Source of the DNA: the human T2T-CHM13v2.0 reference genome, Homo sapiens
Assembly: GCF_009914755.1 (NCBI RefSeq)
Contig: NC_060933.1
Strand: one strand, 5' to 3'
Length of the DNA stretch: 64,000 bases
Shown here: positions 28,978 through 47,164 of the stretch, one piece after another
Layout: each line of letters starts with the position of its first letter
How positions within the stretch are numbered: the stretch's first letter is position 1
Made by a program: the position numbers and the translations under genes
Notes under the pieces: model-generated
What the model was told of the DNA's origin: nothing
Database searches by the model: none
Seen by the model: the letters and a program-made list of their open reading frames with translations, nothing else

Positions 28978-29997
28978 TAGGGACGCCCCCAGGCATCCGG
29001 GCAGCTCTAGGGTATATCCACTTGGTCTGACTACAGAACTGATGCCTGGCAGCTCTGGGTGAGAGTATGTATGTGCGGGTGCTGGCGTGGTGTGTGGCGC
29101 ATCTCAGGCACTCGGTAAATGTGATTTCAGTCCAGCCTAGAGTTCAGTTTGGCTGCGGGGGTGGAATACCCCTCATTCATCTCTGGCAGTGTGAACCTGC
29201 CTGGCGTGACTTTAGTGAGGATGCCCAGATAGTCTTTCTAGCACTTCAGGCCTGTGCCAAGCTGTCATGTAGACACTGTCTACACGACAGTCACCATCAG
29301 CTCATTTGAACACTCCTGATGTGGTCTGGAGTGCAATGTGGACCCCTGGCCTCTGGGTCTCCCCCAGAGTTCTAGCATAGACATACAAGGTCTCGTTCAA
29401 ACTGTAGTGTTGACATACCCCAGGGATCGCTGCTGTCTGGAGTGGGATAATATATACGTAAGTGCTCAGAAAAGTGACTGGCACTAAGGGTACCTTCTCC
29501 AGAGTGTGGCCCGTCCCAGGCCCACCCATGGTCTGAGCCGAGAACATCCTGGAGCGGCTTCCCAGAGAGGCCTGAAGTCGGGAAGGAGGGCGCAGCTGGG
29601 GACAGAAGGGGCGCAGTCTGGGAGCGAAGCTGAGTCCAGGGCAGAGTCTGAGTCTGCAGTGTAGATGCTCTGGATCCTACTTCAATCCTGAATTCAGACA
29701 ACTGTACTCTGAGGGCAGAGGGCAGTTTGAAGTCACTTCAGAGCAAGAGGTACAGATTGGGGGGCTGGGTTCCAGGGCAGGGGGCCTACAGCGAAGAGAT
29801 GGCAGCTGATGAAGAGAGATTTGGGAAGCTGGTTCCATGCATCTTTCTCATCGTTCCAGTGTCTCAGCGTCTGGGTGTATTAGTGTACATGCCAGTGCAG
29901 GTCACATTCGTCCATGTGTCTCCTAGTTCCAAGTTCTGTTTTGCATCTGTAAAGATCTGCCAGTACCTGGGGGTGTCTGCAGTCTGAGTGCATGTGT

Positions 29998-30125
29998 GGG
30001 CAGTGGGTTGTTCGGGCAGTGGGTTGTGTGGGCAGTGGGTTGTGCGGGCAGTGGGTTGTGCGGGCAGTGGGTTGTGTGGGCAGTGGGTTGTGCGGGCAGT
30101 GGGTTGTGCGGGCAGTGGGTTGTGC
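29998..30125 (+). repeat. 16-bp VNTR, 8 copies of GGGCAGTGGGTTGTG(C/T)
   Basis: units counted directly; first unit ends TTC. Confidence 0.95.
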
Positions 30126-30612
30126 ATCCGGATGTGTAGCACTCACACACTTCGGGTGACTCTTCCTGGGTAAGCTGTGGATGTGAGTGGGGGCAGCATC
30201 TGCCGTGACTCATTCTCTCCTCTTTCCATTCCAAGCCGGGTGGGGGAGTTTGGGATTTCCAGACAAGGCCTGGCTCCCCCTGGCACAGAGGGTGGGAGTG
30301 GGGATGGGGAGGGAGGAGGGAAGGGTCATGGGAAGGTGGGGCCATGTTTTGTGCTCAATGAACTGAGAAGGGGGAGGGTTCCAGCTGGAGTCAGCTGGGC
30401 CTCTGGCCCCCGCTTGACCAAACCCACTTAGGGGGCAGGGCCTGCTGGAGTCTACAGTGACACGTGAGTCCAGGATGATCTCAGGCAGCGTATCTGAAAC
30501 CCTGGGACTCCCCATCTCCCTTCCTCTTCACCCTCACCCTGGGAGAGCCACTCAGCTGTCGTGATTCGCCCAGGACTGCGAGGGTTCTGGGGACTTGGTA
30601 CTTTCAGTTCTA

Positions 30613-31042
<430 letters not shown>

Positions 31043-31576
31043 CTAAAATGTAGGTGGGACCAAGTCACTTACCTGTCTGAAACTTTCAGGATGGACCCAG
31101 AGGTTACCTGGTCCCCAAGGCACTGACACCTCCCACCCGACTCACCTCCGCCACCCTCTCCCTTGCTTCCAACCCTCCAATAACCCCGCCTAGGGCATCA
31201 TGGCCCTGCCCCTAGTGGAACTTGCCTCTTGCTGCAGTCTCTTTGGAATCCAACTGCTGCCCACAGTCCCCTATCTGAATCCTTCAAAAGCCTCTTCTTC
31301 TAGGAAGCCTTCCCTGAACAGAGCAGACCCCGGCTATTGCTTTCCCAAGACCCAACCCCTTTCCTTGTTGAACTTGGCAACATCACCTAGCTCATTTAGG
31401 TAATTACTGGCTGAATCACCCCCCACCATGTCCTGGCCTAGACTGCTGTGAGCCCCATGAGGGCAGGGCTGTCTGTCTCGTTTCTCTCCCTGCGGTTGCT
31501 GGCATGACCCGTCCCCCACCCCCCAACCACCACCACCACCATCCGGCTCTGAATGAATGAATCCACGAGTCTCTAA

Positions 31577-31855
<279 letters not shown>

Positions 31856-31858
31856 TGA

Positions 31859-32386
<528 letters not shown>

Positions 32387-32411
32387 TAATGCTAGTAATA
32401 GTAGTAAGACT

Positions 32412-32705
32412 AGGCCGGGCGCAGTGGCTCAAGCCTGTAATCCCAGCACTTTGGGAGGCTGAGGCGGGTGGATCACGAGGTCAGGAGTTCAAGACCAGCC
32501 TGGCCAACATTGTGAAACCCCATCTCTACTAAAAATACAAAAATTAGCCAAGCATGGTGGCATGTACCTGTAGTCCTAGCTACTCAGGAAGCTGAGGCAG
32601 GAGAATCGCTTGAACCTGGGAGGTGGAGGTGAGCAGAGATCATGCCGCTGCACTCCAGCCTGGGCAACAGAGTGAGATTCTATCTCAAAAAAAAAAAAAA
32701 AAAAA
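32412..32705 (+). mobile_element. Alu (Sg-like) with TSD tagtagtaagacta, CRB2 intron 4
   Basis: Alu consensus; flanking direct repeat. Confidence 0.93.
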
Positions 32706-32844
32706 TTAGTAGTAAGACTAGTAATAGCAGTAATAGGCCACTGCTGCTGAAGGCTGCCGTGGTCATTCCTGCGGCCCTTAGTGTGTCCCTCCCTCGCCAT
32801 TCGTGGCTTATTCCAAGCTGCGGTCCCTTGCTGGCCCTCGCTAG

Positions 32845-33503
<659 letters not shown>

Positions 33504-34622
33504 TGATGGGGTCAAGGAGATCAGGGAGGAGGTGGGTATGGTGGCCCAGGTGACCGCTGAGGGTGGCTGAACTGGGACTCGCTTTGGAGGTGAGACTGGG
33601 GCTCAGGAGTGTAGTCCTGGCAGCTGGGGCCATAGTGGGCTGAGGTTGTCTGGGAGAACGTGTGGAGGGATGGTCTTCAGGGAAGACGGAGGTGGTTCAG
33701 CCAGGACAGAGAAGGAAAGGGGGGCTATTGCAGAGAGTTAGGGGGCAGCATCTGTAGAAGGATGACTCTGACCTTTGGGGAGCTGGGGCCTGTCAGGCAG
33801 GAGTTGGGGGTTCAGAAGTCTGCCCCTGCCTTGGGTACACGCAGATGCACAGACACAGGACCCCGGTGAGCCCAGGGAGCTCCACCGCCAACACTGAACG
33901 TCCCTGCCCCCTCTGGAATGCCTGCGACACCTCCCTCACACCCGCCCGCATTCCTGCTGGGGCACACTGCCTCCTCCCCCTGGCAGGCTCCTGGGCACAG
34001 GCTCCTCCACCAGGGGAAAGAGATGGTGGTCACCTCTTCCCCTCTCTCACTCGCCTGAAGATGGTGGGACTCAGTGTCCCCCAGCCCTGGATGGCTGACA
34101 CTCCTGGGGGTCCCGAAGGCCCATCCACTGCCTCCATGGGCCGAGGTTCCCCAAGTCCTGCTCCAAGAGCCATGGCCTCCTGGGTACCTGGCACACAGTG
34201 GGCCCACACAGCACGTCTGGCCTCTGGGAAGCATTTGCTCTGCATTTTGTTTTTTCCTTGCCACAGCCCCATGAGGCAGGGGTTTAAAACCCCATCTTAC
34301 AGCTGAGAGGATGAGGGGGTGTCATCCCCCAGGTTCACCACTATCAGCGGGAACCCGGCTCCTCTCCCAGTTGAGCTCACTGTTGGGTGACAGGGAGGGC
34401 AGACCTCTGAGGTCAGAGCCAGGGAGGGGGGACCCCAGCTGCAGGGCTGGGCTCTTTGCCCATCCTCCCTCCCTTTAGGCCATGCTGGGCATGGGGGAGG
34501 CCAGTGCCTGGCATTCCTGAGCAGGCTCCGAAGGAGGCAGCTGGGCCAGGCAGGGAGCTCTGCCCCCTCCCCACTTCCCCAGCCTCAGTGCCCGCCCACC
34601 ACTCTCAACCTGTCTAGAGGGC

Positions 34623-34680
34623 ATGGCAATGGAGCCGGGGGCTCTGTGGACCTTCCTGGGCCACCTGTGGCTCCTGGCAG
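34623..34680 (+). CDS. CRB2: Putative CRB2 alternative first coding exon (MAMEPGALWTFLGHLWLLA-G) in intron 6
   Basis: gggcATGG strong Kozak; hydrophobic 19-mer; CAG|GTATGG donor, phase 1, matching the exon 7 acceptor. Confidence 0.75.
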
Positions 34681-35795
34681 GTATGGAGGAATGTGGGCCC
34701 TGGGCAGGGGGAGGTTGGTGGGTGGTGGTTCCTAGGAAGAGGCTGTGGTGTTTGTGAGCTGATCGAGGCTGGGCTTCAAACCCTGGTGACTTCTCTGGGC
34801 CTGGGTTCCTCCAGCTGGGATGTGGCTCTGGCTGAGCTACAGTGGGCTATGGCTTCTGGACCCAAGCTGGGGCCTGAGCACCTGAAGGGATCCCTAGAGG
34901 GAGGATGAGGCAGCCCCTTCACAGCCAGTGTGGGGGCCCTGGGGCAGAGGGACTGAGGGGTTAGAGCCTGGGAGGCCACTCAGAGTGCCTTGGGTACTTG
35001 CACTACCCCACTAGCTCCTCCATGCCATCACTCTGTCCATAAAAGCCATGTCAGGCCCTTTGCTGGGCACCAAGGACATATTCAGGTCCCTGAAGATCTC
35101 AGCTGAGTAAACAAATACTTTTAATACAGGGTTCTGGGGAGCTGTGCCTGGGACTGCAGAGTGACACAGTAGTTTGAGGTTGGGAGTTAGGGAAAGCCTC
35201 TGGGCCCTTTGAGTTTGGGCTTTGCAGGATGAGTAGGAGTTTGAAAGGAAGGGTAAGGGTGAATGAGGCATTCCAAGCAGACAGAACAGTATGAGCAAAG
35301 CCCCAGAGTCACGACTTTCCAGGAAATGCTCGGAGGAATGGGACGTTCAAGATTTGTGGGAAGCAGGATTGAGGCTTGAGAGCCTGGTAGGACCCAGCCC
35401 ATGAGGGTGTCTTAAATGTCAGGGTGAGTGATTGGACTTCAGGCGGCAGAGGAACCCAGCCTGGCGATGCTTTAGAAATGGACCTCTGGCTACTGGTGGA
35501 GATGGATGGGAGAGGGCTTCTGAAGGCTGGCGAACTGGGGGATGCGGGATGGTAGCCCAGACAGCTGGTAAGGCAGGAGATGGGGGGTAGGAGAAAGGGG
35601 CATTGGAGAATGTTTAGGAGATTAAATCTACAGGGCCTGGACACTCACCAGACATGAGAAGGGAAGGGGCATCTTGGCTTCTGGCCTACGGGGGGACTTG
35701 AGGGGACCATGAGAAATCCTCTGGGAATTGGTTTGGCTGATAGGTACTGAGGTCCCCATCATAAGAGGCATGTAAGTTCTGGGTCAGTACTGTGA

Positions 35796-37387
<1,592 letters not shown>

Positions 37388-37799
37388 TAGTGTGTCCTTT
37401 TGCTGATGAGGAAACTGAGGCTCAGGAGGTGAAGTGACCTGCCCAGGGTCCCACTACAGGAGGGTGGCAGGGCAGATTTACATCTGTCTCTTCAGCCCAG
37501 CTGCTCCTACCCTCTGGCGGTCCCCGTGTCTCCCCGAGCTAGTCCTGGTGTGAGAGAGACACCCTGACCGAGATAGAGAGCTGCCTGAGCCTTTCTGCAG
37601 GAGCTACTTGGGGAGCGGGACACGCTTTTGATCATGAACAGAATTCCACCAACCCTGGAGTTAGAACAGCTTGGGCATGAATTCTGGTTCCTCTCTTTAC
37701 TGGCTGGGTGACTCAGGCAAGTGGCTTTGCATCACTGAGCCTCAGTTTTCTCATCTGTAAAATGGGGATCTTAGCGACTTCCTCTCCCCTCGTTTGTGA

Positions 37800-38483
<684 letters not shown>

Positions 38484-38740
38484 TGACCAGATCTGCATTT
38501 TACAAAGATGACTGGCTGCAGTGAAGGGCAAGCCTCGGCCATGAGGTGGGGCAGCTTCACGGAGAAGGGAAGGGGCCAGATTCTGCCAGGAGTTGCTGTT
38601 GCCTGGCTTGTGACCTGGAGGGTCGCCTAGGCATCACGCCCCACCCCCCAGCACTGGCCGGGAACTGCTCCTCCATGGGTAGGAAATACATTGGGAGTAG
38701 AAGTGAGGGTGGTGGGGGCGGCTGCAGTTTCCAGGATTAG

Positions 38741-39793
<1,053 letters not shown>

Positions 39794-40312
39794 TAATTTG
39801 ATAAATTTCCTGATAAAATACAGATCAAAACACAACCAGTTAGCCTGGAATTTCAGATAAACAGCGCTGTGGTCTGGGGCTGGGAGCCGCCTGCCGCTTA
39901 CACGGAGGTTCATCCCTATTGGTGGCTGGTTGGGGTGGAGGGAGGGGGTCAGGCTTTGGCGCTTCCCTTATTCATCTGGCAGTGGCTCTCCCGGGAGCCC
40001 AGCGTGTGGAAGGGGATCTGGCTGTGGCCTGACCCCTCCCTCTCCCCTCAAGGAATGTCCAGGCGTTGTGTTTAGGAGCTGCTTTTGTTCAGAGTCCTTA
40101 CACTTTGTTGTCCTGAGTCCTCTGAGACTCTGGAAAGCGAGTGCAACCCTGTGTCCCTTCCCTCCCATCAGGGACCTCAATCCCATGCCCAATAGAGGAA
40201 GGCCCTGAGTTCCATACATGAGAACACAAGCTCAGGTGGCCCACGGTCACAGCGCTGGGGAGGGCAGGTCCCAGGTGTCCTGCACCCACTCCAGCCTCTG
40301 CTCTCTCCCCAG

Positions 40313-40429
40313 GTTGCCTGTCCCATCCAAGGAGTGCAGCCTGAATGTCACCTGCCTCGATGGCAGCCCATGTGAGGGTGGCTCTCCCGCTGCCAACTGC
40401 AGCTGCCTGGAGGGTCTTGCTGGCCAGAG
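40313..40429 (+). CDS. CRB2: CRB2 exon 11 (EGF)
   Basis: ctccccag / AG|GTGGGT; 117 nt. Confidence 0.95.
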
Positions 40430-40867
40430 GTGGGTCTGGGGGCCTGGGAACTGTGAGGAGGTCCAATGAATGTGGAGGGCTGTTCCTCCAGCCAGGGTGG
40501 GGCGGGGGTCCTCGCCCACCTTCTCACCCCTCCCTGGTATCACAGTCACCATTGTCACTTGAGTTTCCTTCCATGACTCGCAAGACCATCCTCTGTGATA
40601 CAGACTGCTGCTGGGCAGTGGTTGCCTGGTGGCAGTTCTGGAAACCCAGCCTCAGCCCGCCTGTGGGAGACCATAAAAGTGCAGATTCTGGGCCCTGCAG
40701 ACAGTGGCGTCAGCGTCTGGGGCACCTGCCTTCACACAGGCTCCCGTCACCCTAATGGGATGAGAGTCCTTCTCAGTGACGGCTGCTCAGGTGGTCACCT
40801 GGCAGGGCCCAGCTGGGCAGGAGCAGCGCATGGGGACAGTGGATGGATAAGCTCTGATGCTTGCTGA

Positions 40868-41287
<420 letters not shown>

Positions 41288-42547
41288 TGACAAGAGCACA
41301 AAGCTCCTAGCTGGGTCAGCGGCTTCCTCAGAGTGCCCAGGGCAGTGGCAGTGAGGACAGATGGTCTCTGCCAATCCAACCAGGACTCAGGGCCATGTTG
41401 GTGTTCTGGGATTTAGGTTGGTGAATCCAGGAGACTCATCTCCAGGGGTTTCTGAGCCAGTGTCCTGAGTAGGAAGACACGGAGGGGCAGGGGGCCTGGG
41501 AGTCCGCACTGGAGCAGGCTCGGCCCGCTGTGCAGGCTGGCCCCAACCCCGGGTGGCTCAGCCCAGGAGGAGCCTGGACAGACGAAGGCAGCAGGCGCTG
41601 GAGCTGTGAACCTCCCCGCCACACCCCTTCCTGGGGCGGGGTGGGGGGAGTGGGTGCTGGCGAGGAGAGGCTTGGAAGGGAAGTCTGGGGAGCAGCCTTG
41701 ATCTCCACAGGCTTCTGGCAGCCTGGGTCATAAACCACAAATCCCCTCCGCTTACGGGGAATGTTTCCTTTCAAGTTGAACTTTTACAGCCTCTGGCTTC
41801 CCTACCCAGCCACCTCCCCAGGGCAGGGGGAGGAAATGGCTTTACAGCTCCTCCCTCAAAATGTCCAACGGTGGAGGCTGGCAGGACCCTCTCAGGACCA
41901 GAGGAACTTTCCTGTCAAGTTTTAGGACCCAGGTCACAGTGGGCTGGGAAGCCTGGAGGTACAGAGGGAGGCTGGTGAGTCCCAGAGCCCATGCCTCTGG
42001 AATCCTCGCATCCTGGGACTACAGAGTCCCAGGCATGTAGAGGCTTTGATGGGGAATCCTGGGAGCCTGTGACTGGAGACACCAGGGAGGTTTGCTGGGC
42101 TCCCCGAAGCCTGGGCCGAGGCTCGCAGGGACAAGCTGTCATAACAGCCCCTCGGCCCCCCTGCCACCCTGCCCCCGCAGGTGGGCCCCAGTGGATTCTG
42201 ACCTTGCTATTGTGGCAGGGGGCCGCTCAGCCTGCCCCTGCTCCTGCTCTGCCTCATGAGACCCTCGTAGGCTTCTGTGAAACCCATGCACCCTGCTTAG
42301 CTCCTGCCGGGTGTTCAATAAACGCCCATCTCTGTCCTTCTAGCCAGAACTCCTTTGTTGTATAGGCCTCCCCGAGCAGTGGCTGTGACAGGTGGTTTCC
42401 TGGCACTTGCCTGCACACCCCTGGGGCTGGGTCTTCACTGCTCCCAGGGCAGCCTGCTCCCAGCTCTGATTTTCTCTGAGTAGGTCCTTGTGCTGCGCTC
42501 TCTGCTCTCTGAGGGCCCCAGCGTCCTCCCCTTCTCTGCGGTCTTAG

Positions 42548-42796
<249 letters not shown>

Positions 42797-44531
42797 GCCA
42801 GCCTGGCTGCTGGCACCAGCACCTGGAGGTCCTGAATGGTTTCTACCTGGAGACCCAAGGAAGCTGCTTCCAGGGCTCGGGACATTGCTACGGAAGTGTC
42901 CCCTTGGCTGGCAGCCTCTGCCTCTGCCTCTGCCCCATCCTGGATGGAGGACGAGGGGAGCAACTCAGGGAAACAGAGGCCTAGAGAGGCTGCGGACTTC
43001 TCCATCCCACCCTCGGGGTTCCGCCTTGGCAGGTGTACGGCTGTGCGTGGGAGGGCACACGTGGGTTCACAGTGTGTTCAGGAGTGTGTGTATCTGGAGG
43101 AGTGTGTGTGTGAGTGTGTACCTGGGCCTGTGTTAGTCTGCAGATGCTAGTGTGAGTGTGTCCTGACATGGCTCCAGGGCGTGTCTGCCGTGTTTACTGT
43201 GTGTCTATGACTGTGATGGGTGTAGCTGATCCCAGGAGGTGGCGGCTGCGCCATGGGGTCAACCATTACAGTCCTAGGGCAGGGGCGGCCCAAGGCTGCA
43301 TGTTCTCCAGGAGGCCAGGCCGGGGTTGCCCAGGCACCTCCTTCCCCGCCTCTGGGGGCTGCTCCTGCTGTGGAGGCAGCTGGGAAGTCAGGGAAGGCCA
43401 CTAGCAGAGGCTGAGTGGGCTTCTGGCTCCTAGAACAAATGTCCCTTCAGGCAGGTCTGTCTGCCAGAAGCCAGAGCCAGTCATGCGAGGGAACCACAGA
43501 CCCACCCGCCCCCTCAGCCGGAGCAGCCCGAGGGAGCAGAGGAGGGGCTGCCTGGAGCTTCCCACCCTGCTGTGGTCATTTGTCAAAGGGGGAAGGCACC
43601 CACTGCCTACCTCACAGGGCTGTTGTGAGGATCAGAGAGGACGACAGTGGGGAAAGAATCTGGAAGTCTTCAACTGCCGTCTGATGGGAAGGACCGTCTG
43701 GGTGTCCTTCTGGGATGAGGATGACAGAGCAACCCTTCTCCTGCCCTGAACCCCCCCAGCTCACCTGACCACCTCTGGTTCTCCAGCTCCGGTCCTTCCT
43801 AGCAGCCTGGTGAGCTCACTCCTTCCCCTGATGACTGGCTGCCTCTACACAGACTCGGCGAGAGGACTTGAAGGAAGCCCTCTGGGTTGTCTGCTGAGTA
43901 CAGGGGCTCAGTGAACACTGGCGCTGCCTCTGAGTCGGGGCTGGGCCTGCAGAGGCCGACTCAGAGGAGACTCTGCTGCTTGCTCCCAGCCCCTTCCCCG
44001 GCGATGCCCATCACACTGTGACCTCCCATCCCTGAAGGGCACCTGCCTGAGGGCCTGGCCTCCTTCCAGCTTCATGGACCTGGAGATGTGCCCTTTCATC
44101 CTTCCTGCTTCCCAGGCCAGTAGATCCGTTTACACTTTTGGGTCGACAGTCAGCTTTTCCTTTTGGTTTTGGCGGGTCCCAGAGGCATGGGTGTCCAGTC
44201 CAATGTGGGGAGCCACGTGACAACGTGGGGGACTGGGACATGGGACTGGGAAGTCAGCAGACGCTGGGATAGAGAGGGCCCTGAACACCAGGCTCAGGGG
44301 CTTGCTTGGTCCTTATCCTGTAGGAGGTGGGACCACCTTTCCCTGAACTTTCTCTACAACCCTTGGGAGCGTGGGGAGGAGGCGGCTGGTTCCAGGGTCA
44401 GTTTACTAAGTTAGAGATTTGGAAAACCTGTGTCAGCTGTAACTCCTAGGATATTTTATGTGGAACCTAACATGCAGATGAAAGCTGGCTGTCCCCTGTC
44501 CTCTTCCTGGCTCCTGTGGGTTCGGGTGCCT

Positions 44532-44532
<1 letters not shown>

Positions 44533-44570
<38 letters not shown>

Positions 44571-44841
44571 AGATGGAGTCTAGTTCTGTCACCCAGGCTG
44601 GAGTGCAGTGGCGAGATCTCGGCTCACTGCAACCTCCGCCTCCCAGGTTCAAGCAATTCCCTGCCTCAGCCTCTGGAGTAGCTGGGATTACAGGTGCCTG
44701 CTTTTAGTAGAGACGGGGCTTCACCATCTTGGCCAGGCTGGTCTTGAACTCCTGACCGACCTCGTGATCCACCTGCCCCGGCCTCCCAAAATGTTGGGAT
44801 TATAGGTGTGGGATGACAGGTGTGAGCCACCGCGCCCGGCC
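44533..44841 (-). mobile_element. Alu (S-like, internal deletion) with a 37-nt T tract
   Basis: T37 at 44533-44569 plus Alu consensus. Confidence 0.92.
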
Positions 44842-45404
44842 CGCGTGCCTGTCGTTTTCAGCCTGTCAGTCAGTCCTGCAAGTGGGGGCATGGTCAGATG
44901 ATGGGCGAGTCGGAGGGGGTGGGTGGTGTGACTGGGCATGTTCCACGCTCACTATGGGGTGGTCGATTGGTCTGCATTCCCCCGCCCGCCTCCCCGCAAA
45001 CACCAGCGTCCAACAGAGGCAGAGTCCCAGGCTCTGTTCTTGCTAATGAGAGACCTGTGGGGGCGACTTGCCAGGTGTCCCCTTGAACTCTTTCCTGGCT
45101 CCTGGGTGCCCTCAACGTCGTTGGAGGCCTGCAGTCTGCCCCATGGCCCCCGCAGGGCTGAGCAGGCCTGTTGCCAGCCCAACCCCGTGCCTGGTCTGTG
45201 AGGGGCAGAGCATGAGCTGGCTTAGAGCCCTGAGTGGGCACCGGCTTGGGAGGGTGCGGGGAGTTGACTCCTTCCCTAACTGCTCTGCGCCTGGCCCCTG
45301 CCTCTACAGGAGCAGGTGGTGAGGATGGCTCCGGGCCCGTGTGGGGCCTCCCCGACCCAAAAGCTTCAAGGACACGGGGATGCCAGCCTCTTCCCCAAGA
45401 TGAT

Positions 45405-45410
45405 TTTATT
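45405..45410 (-). terminator. DENND1A: DENND1A polyadenylation signal AATAAA
   Basis: TTTATT on + strand, about 1.75 kb past the DENND1A stop. Confidence 0.8.
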
Positions 45411-46041
45411 GAATGCACACAAAGTTCATCCTTGGGTTTGCAAAAAGTCCCACAAGTGAAGAGGCAGCAGTGCTCATGTGAACATGGAGCGCTCACCCCA
45501 GCCCCTCAGCACAGCCAGGGGGCCTTGGGGTACACACCCTCCTTCCCTGGGGCCGCCAGCACCTCCTCTGCCCTATCCCGGATGGGGCCTGGGGGTCTGC
45601 CCAGGGTGCGAAACTGGAATCTATGCTGAAACACCTAAGTGCCCAGGAGGTGCCCCCATGGCCCAGGAGTGACACGGCTCCCCCAGCAGCCAGAGCCCAT
45701 TCCTGAGCCAGACAGGTCACGGTTGACCCAGGAAGAGCCATGTGCCAGGATGGCCGCCAAGCCTCACTGAGCATGTGCAGCAGTGGCAGCCTCTCAGACA
45801 TAGAGGGGGCTCCCTGGGTGACATCTCCAGAGACCCCCTTGTCCCCCAGACACCCCTGGGTAGACTGTGTCTGACCCTTCACAAATAGGAAATGAGAGCT
45901 CGGGTCGAAATGCTCACAATTTCCTGCGTGTCTCAGATGGTTGTTTTCTTAAATGGTCGGGCCATACTTTAACTTGGTTTATGGAAATGAATCCATTTCA
46001 AGATTCATCAAATCAATAAGGTAAAAAGGAAAAAGAAAGAT

Positions 46042-46047
46042 AATAAA
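46042..46047 (+). terminator. CRB2: Candidate distal CRB2 polyadenylation signal AATAAA
   Basis: first canonical hexamer found by eye on + after the CRB2 stop; GU-rich tttggtgacgttgg downstream. Confidence 0.6.
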
Positions 46048-47164
46048 CATTCAATCTAACTTTGGTGACGTTGGCCTCAGGAATTTCTGTGCTGGCCTGG
46101 AGCTCTGGGCAGGTGGGGAGGGACTGGCTTCTAGCCCTCCTCCTGCTTCCCCGAGGCAGAGACCAAGTTTGTCCTTTCTACCTGGCCCTGGAGAAGGGGC
46201 TCAGGGCCACTGCCTCGTTCCAACCCAGGAAGGCCAGCTGCCTTCCACATCAGTCTGAGGCATTCAGCTTGACCTTTTTGGGTTGAAATCTGGGTTGCAG
46301 CTTCTCAGCTTTGCCCACAAAGCTCCAGATGACAAGAGGCTGAGCCCCAGCTTTGACAGTGAGGGGAGTACCTGGAGGTATCAGCGTGCCAGAGCTGGAT
46401 GAGGGCTGGGGGCTCCTCCCAAAATACTCAGATGGGGGTTTCCATTTTCCTTCTATAAATCAAAGTTGCTGGTGCTCGCAGCCCCCGTGCAGGGTGGCTG
46501 GGGCTGTGTATCACAAGGCAGCCCAAGACCCCCTGGTCCCCAGATCCTCCCAGGTCAGAATCAACTGAAGTTTTGGGGTGAAGACACAGGAAAGAACGTG
46601 TGTGTATATTGCTAGAAACAGTCTGGAAGTGCCCCACCAGGTAAATCCTCCAGCCCAGGAGGAGTCCTAACTTCAACCCCAAGCTACCTGTGTCTCGTGC
46701 AGATGAGCTCAAACTGGAGGGTAACCCTGTCACCTGTGTCCGAGGAGGTGGGCGTGCAGGGCCTGGCTGTGGAGGAGACAGGAGAGCTGGGCTCGGAGGG
46801 GAGGCCTTCGGAGCCTCTTGGGACACTTCCGGGGGAAGGTGGGTAGGACTCGGTCTGGAGCAATATCATTGGCCCAGCTGACCTCTTTAGTGCAAAACCC
46901 AATCAAGGGTGCCGAGGAGAGGCAACCGCGGGGTGGGATGGGCACTCAGGAACTGGGTTGATTCCCAGGCTGGAACTGGTGCCATTCCCCAGGGCCAGAC
47001 ATCAGAGATGGGCAGTGTGGAGGGGAGGAGGGGGCAGCAGAGAGGGGTCCCATCCCTTCCCACCAGCAGAACCTGGGCAGAGAGAGAGTGGCGGGGGAGC
47101 CTCGGAACCGCAGCAGTGGACGGACCCTCGGGCCTCGGTGCATCCCCCACCCTCAGGGCCCGGC

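Noticed and set aside
29864-30345. Repetitive ORFs (PHNPLPAQPTARTTHC)n and a CRISPR-like look
   Set aside because: Head-to-tail 16-bp VNTR with no spacers, in human DNA
44533-44569. T37 tract as a terminator or transcript end
   Set aside because: Alu tail; on the minus strand it would be an oligo-dT internal-priming artefact downstream of DENND1A
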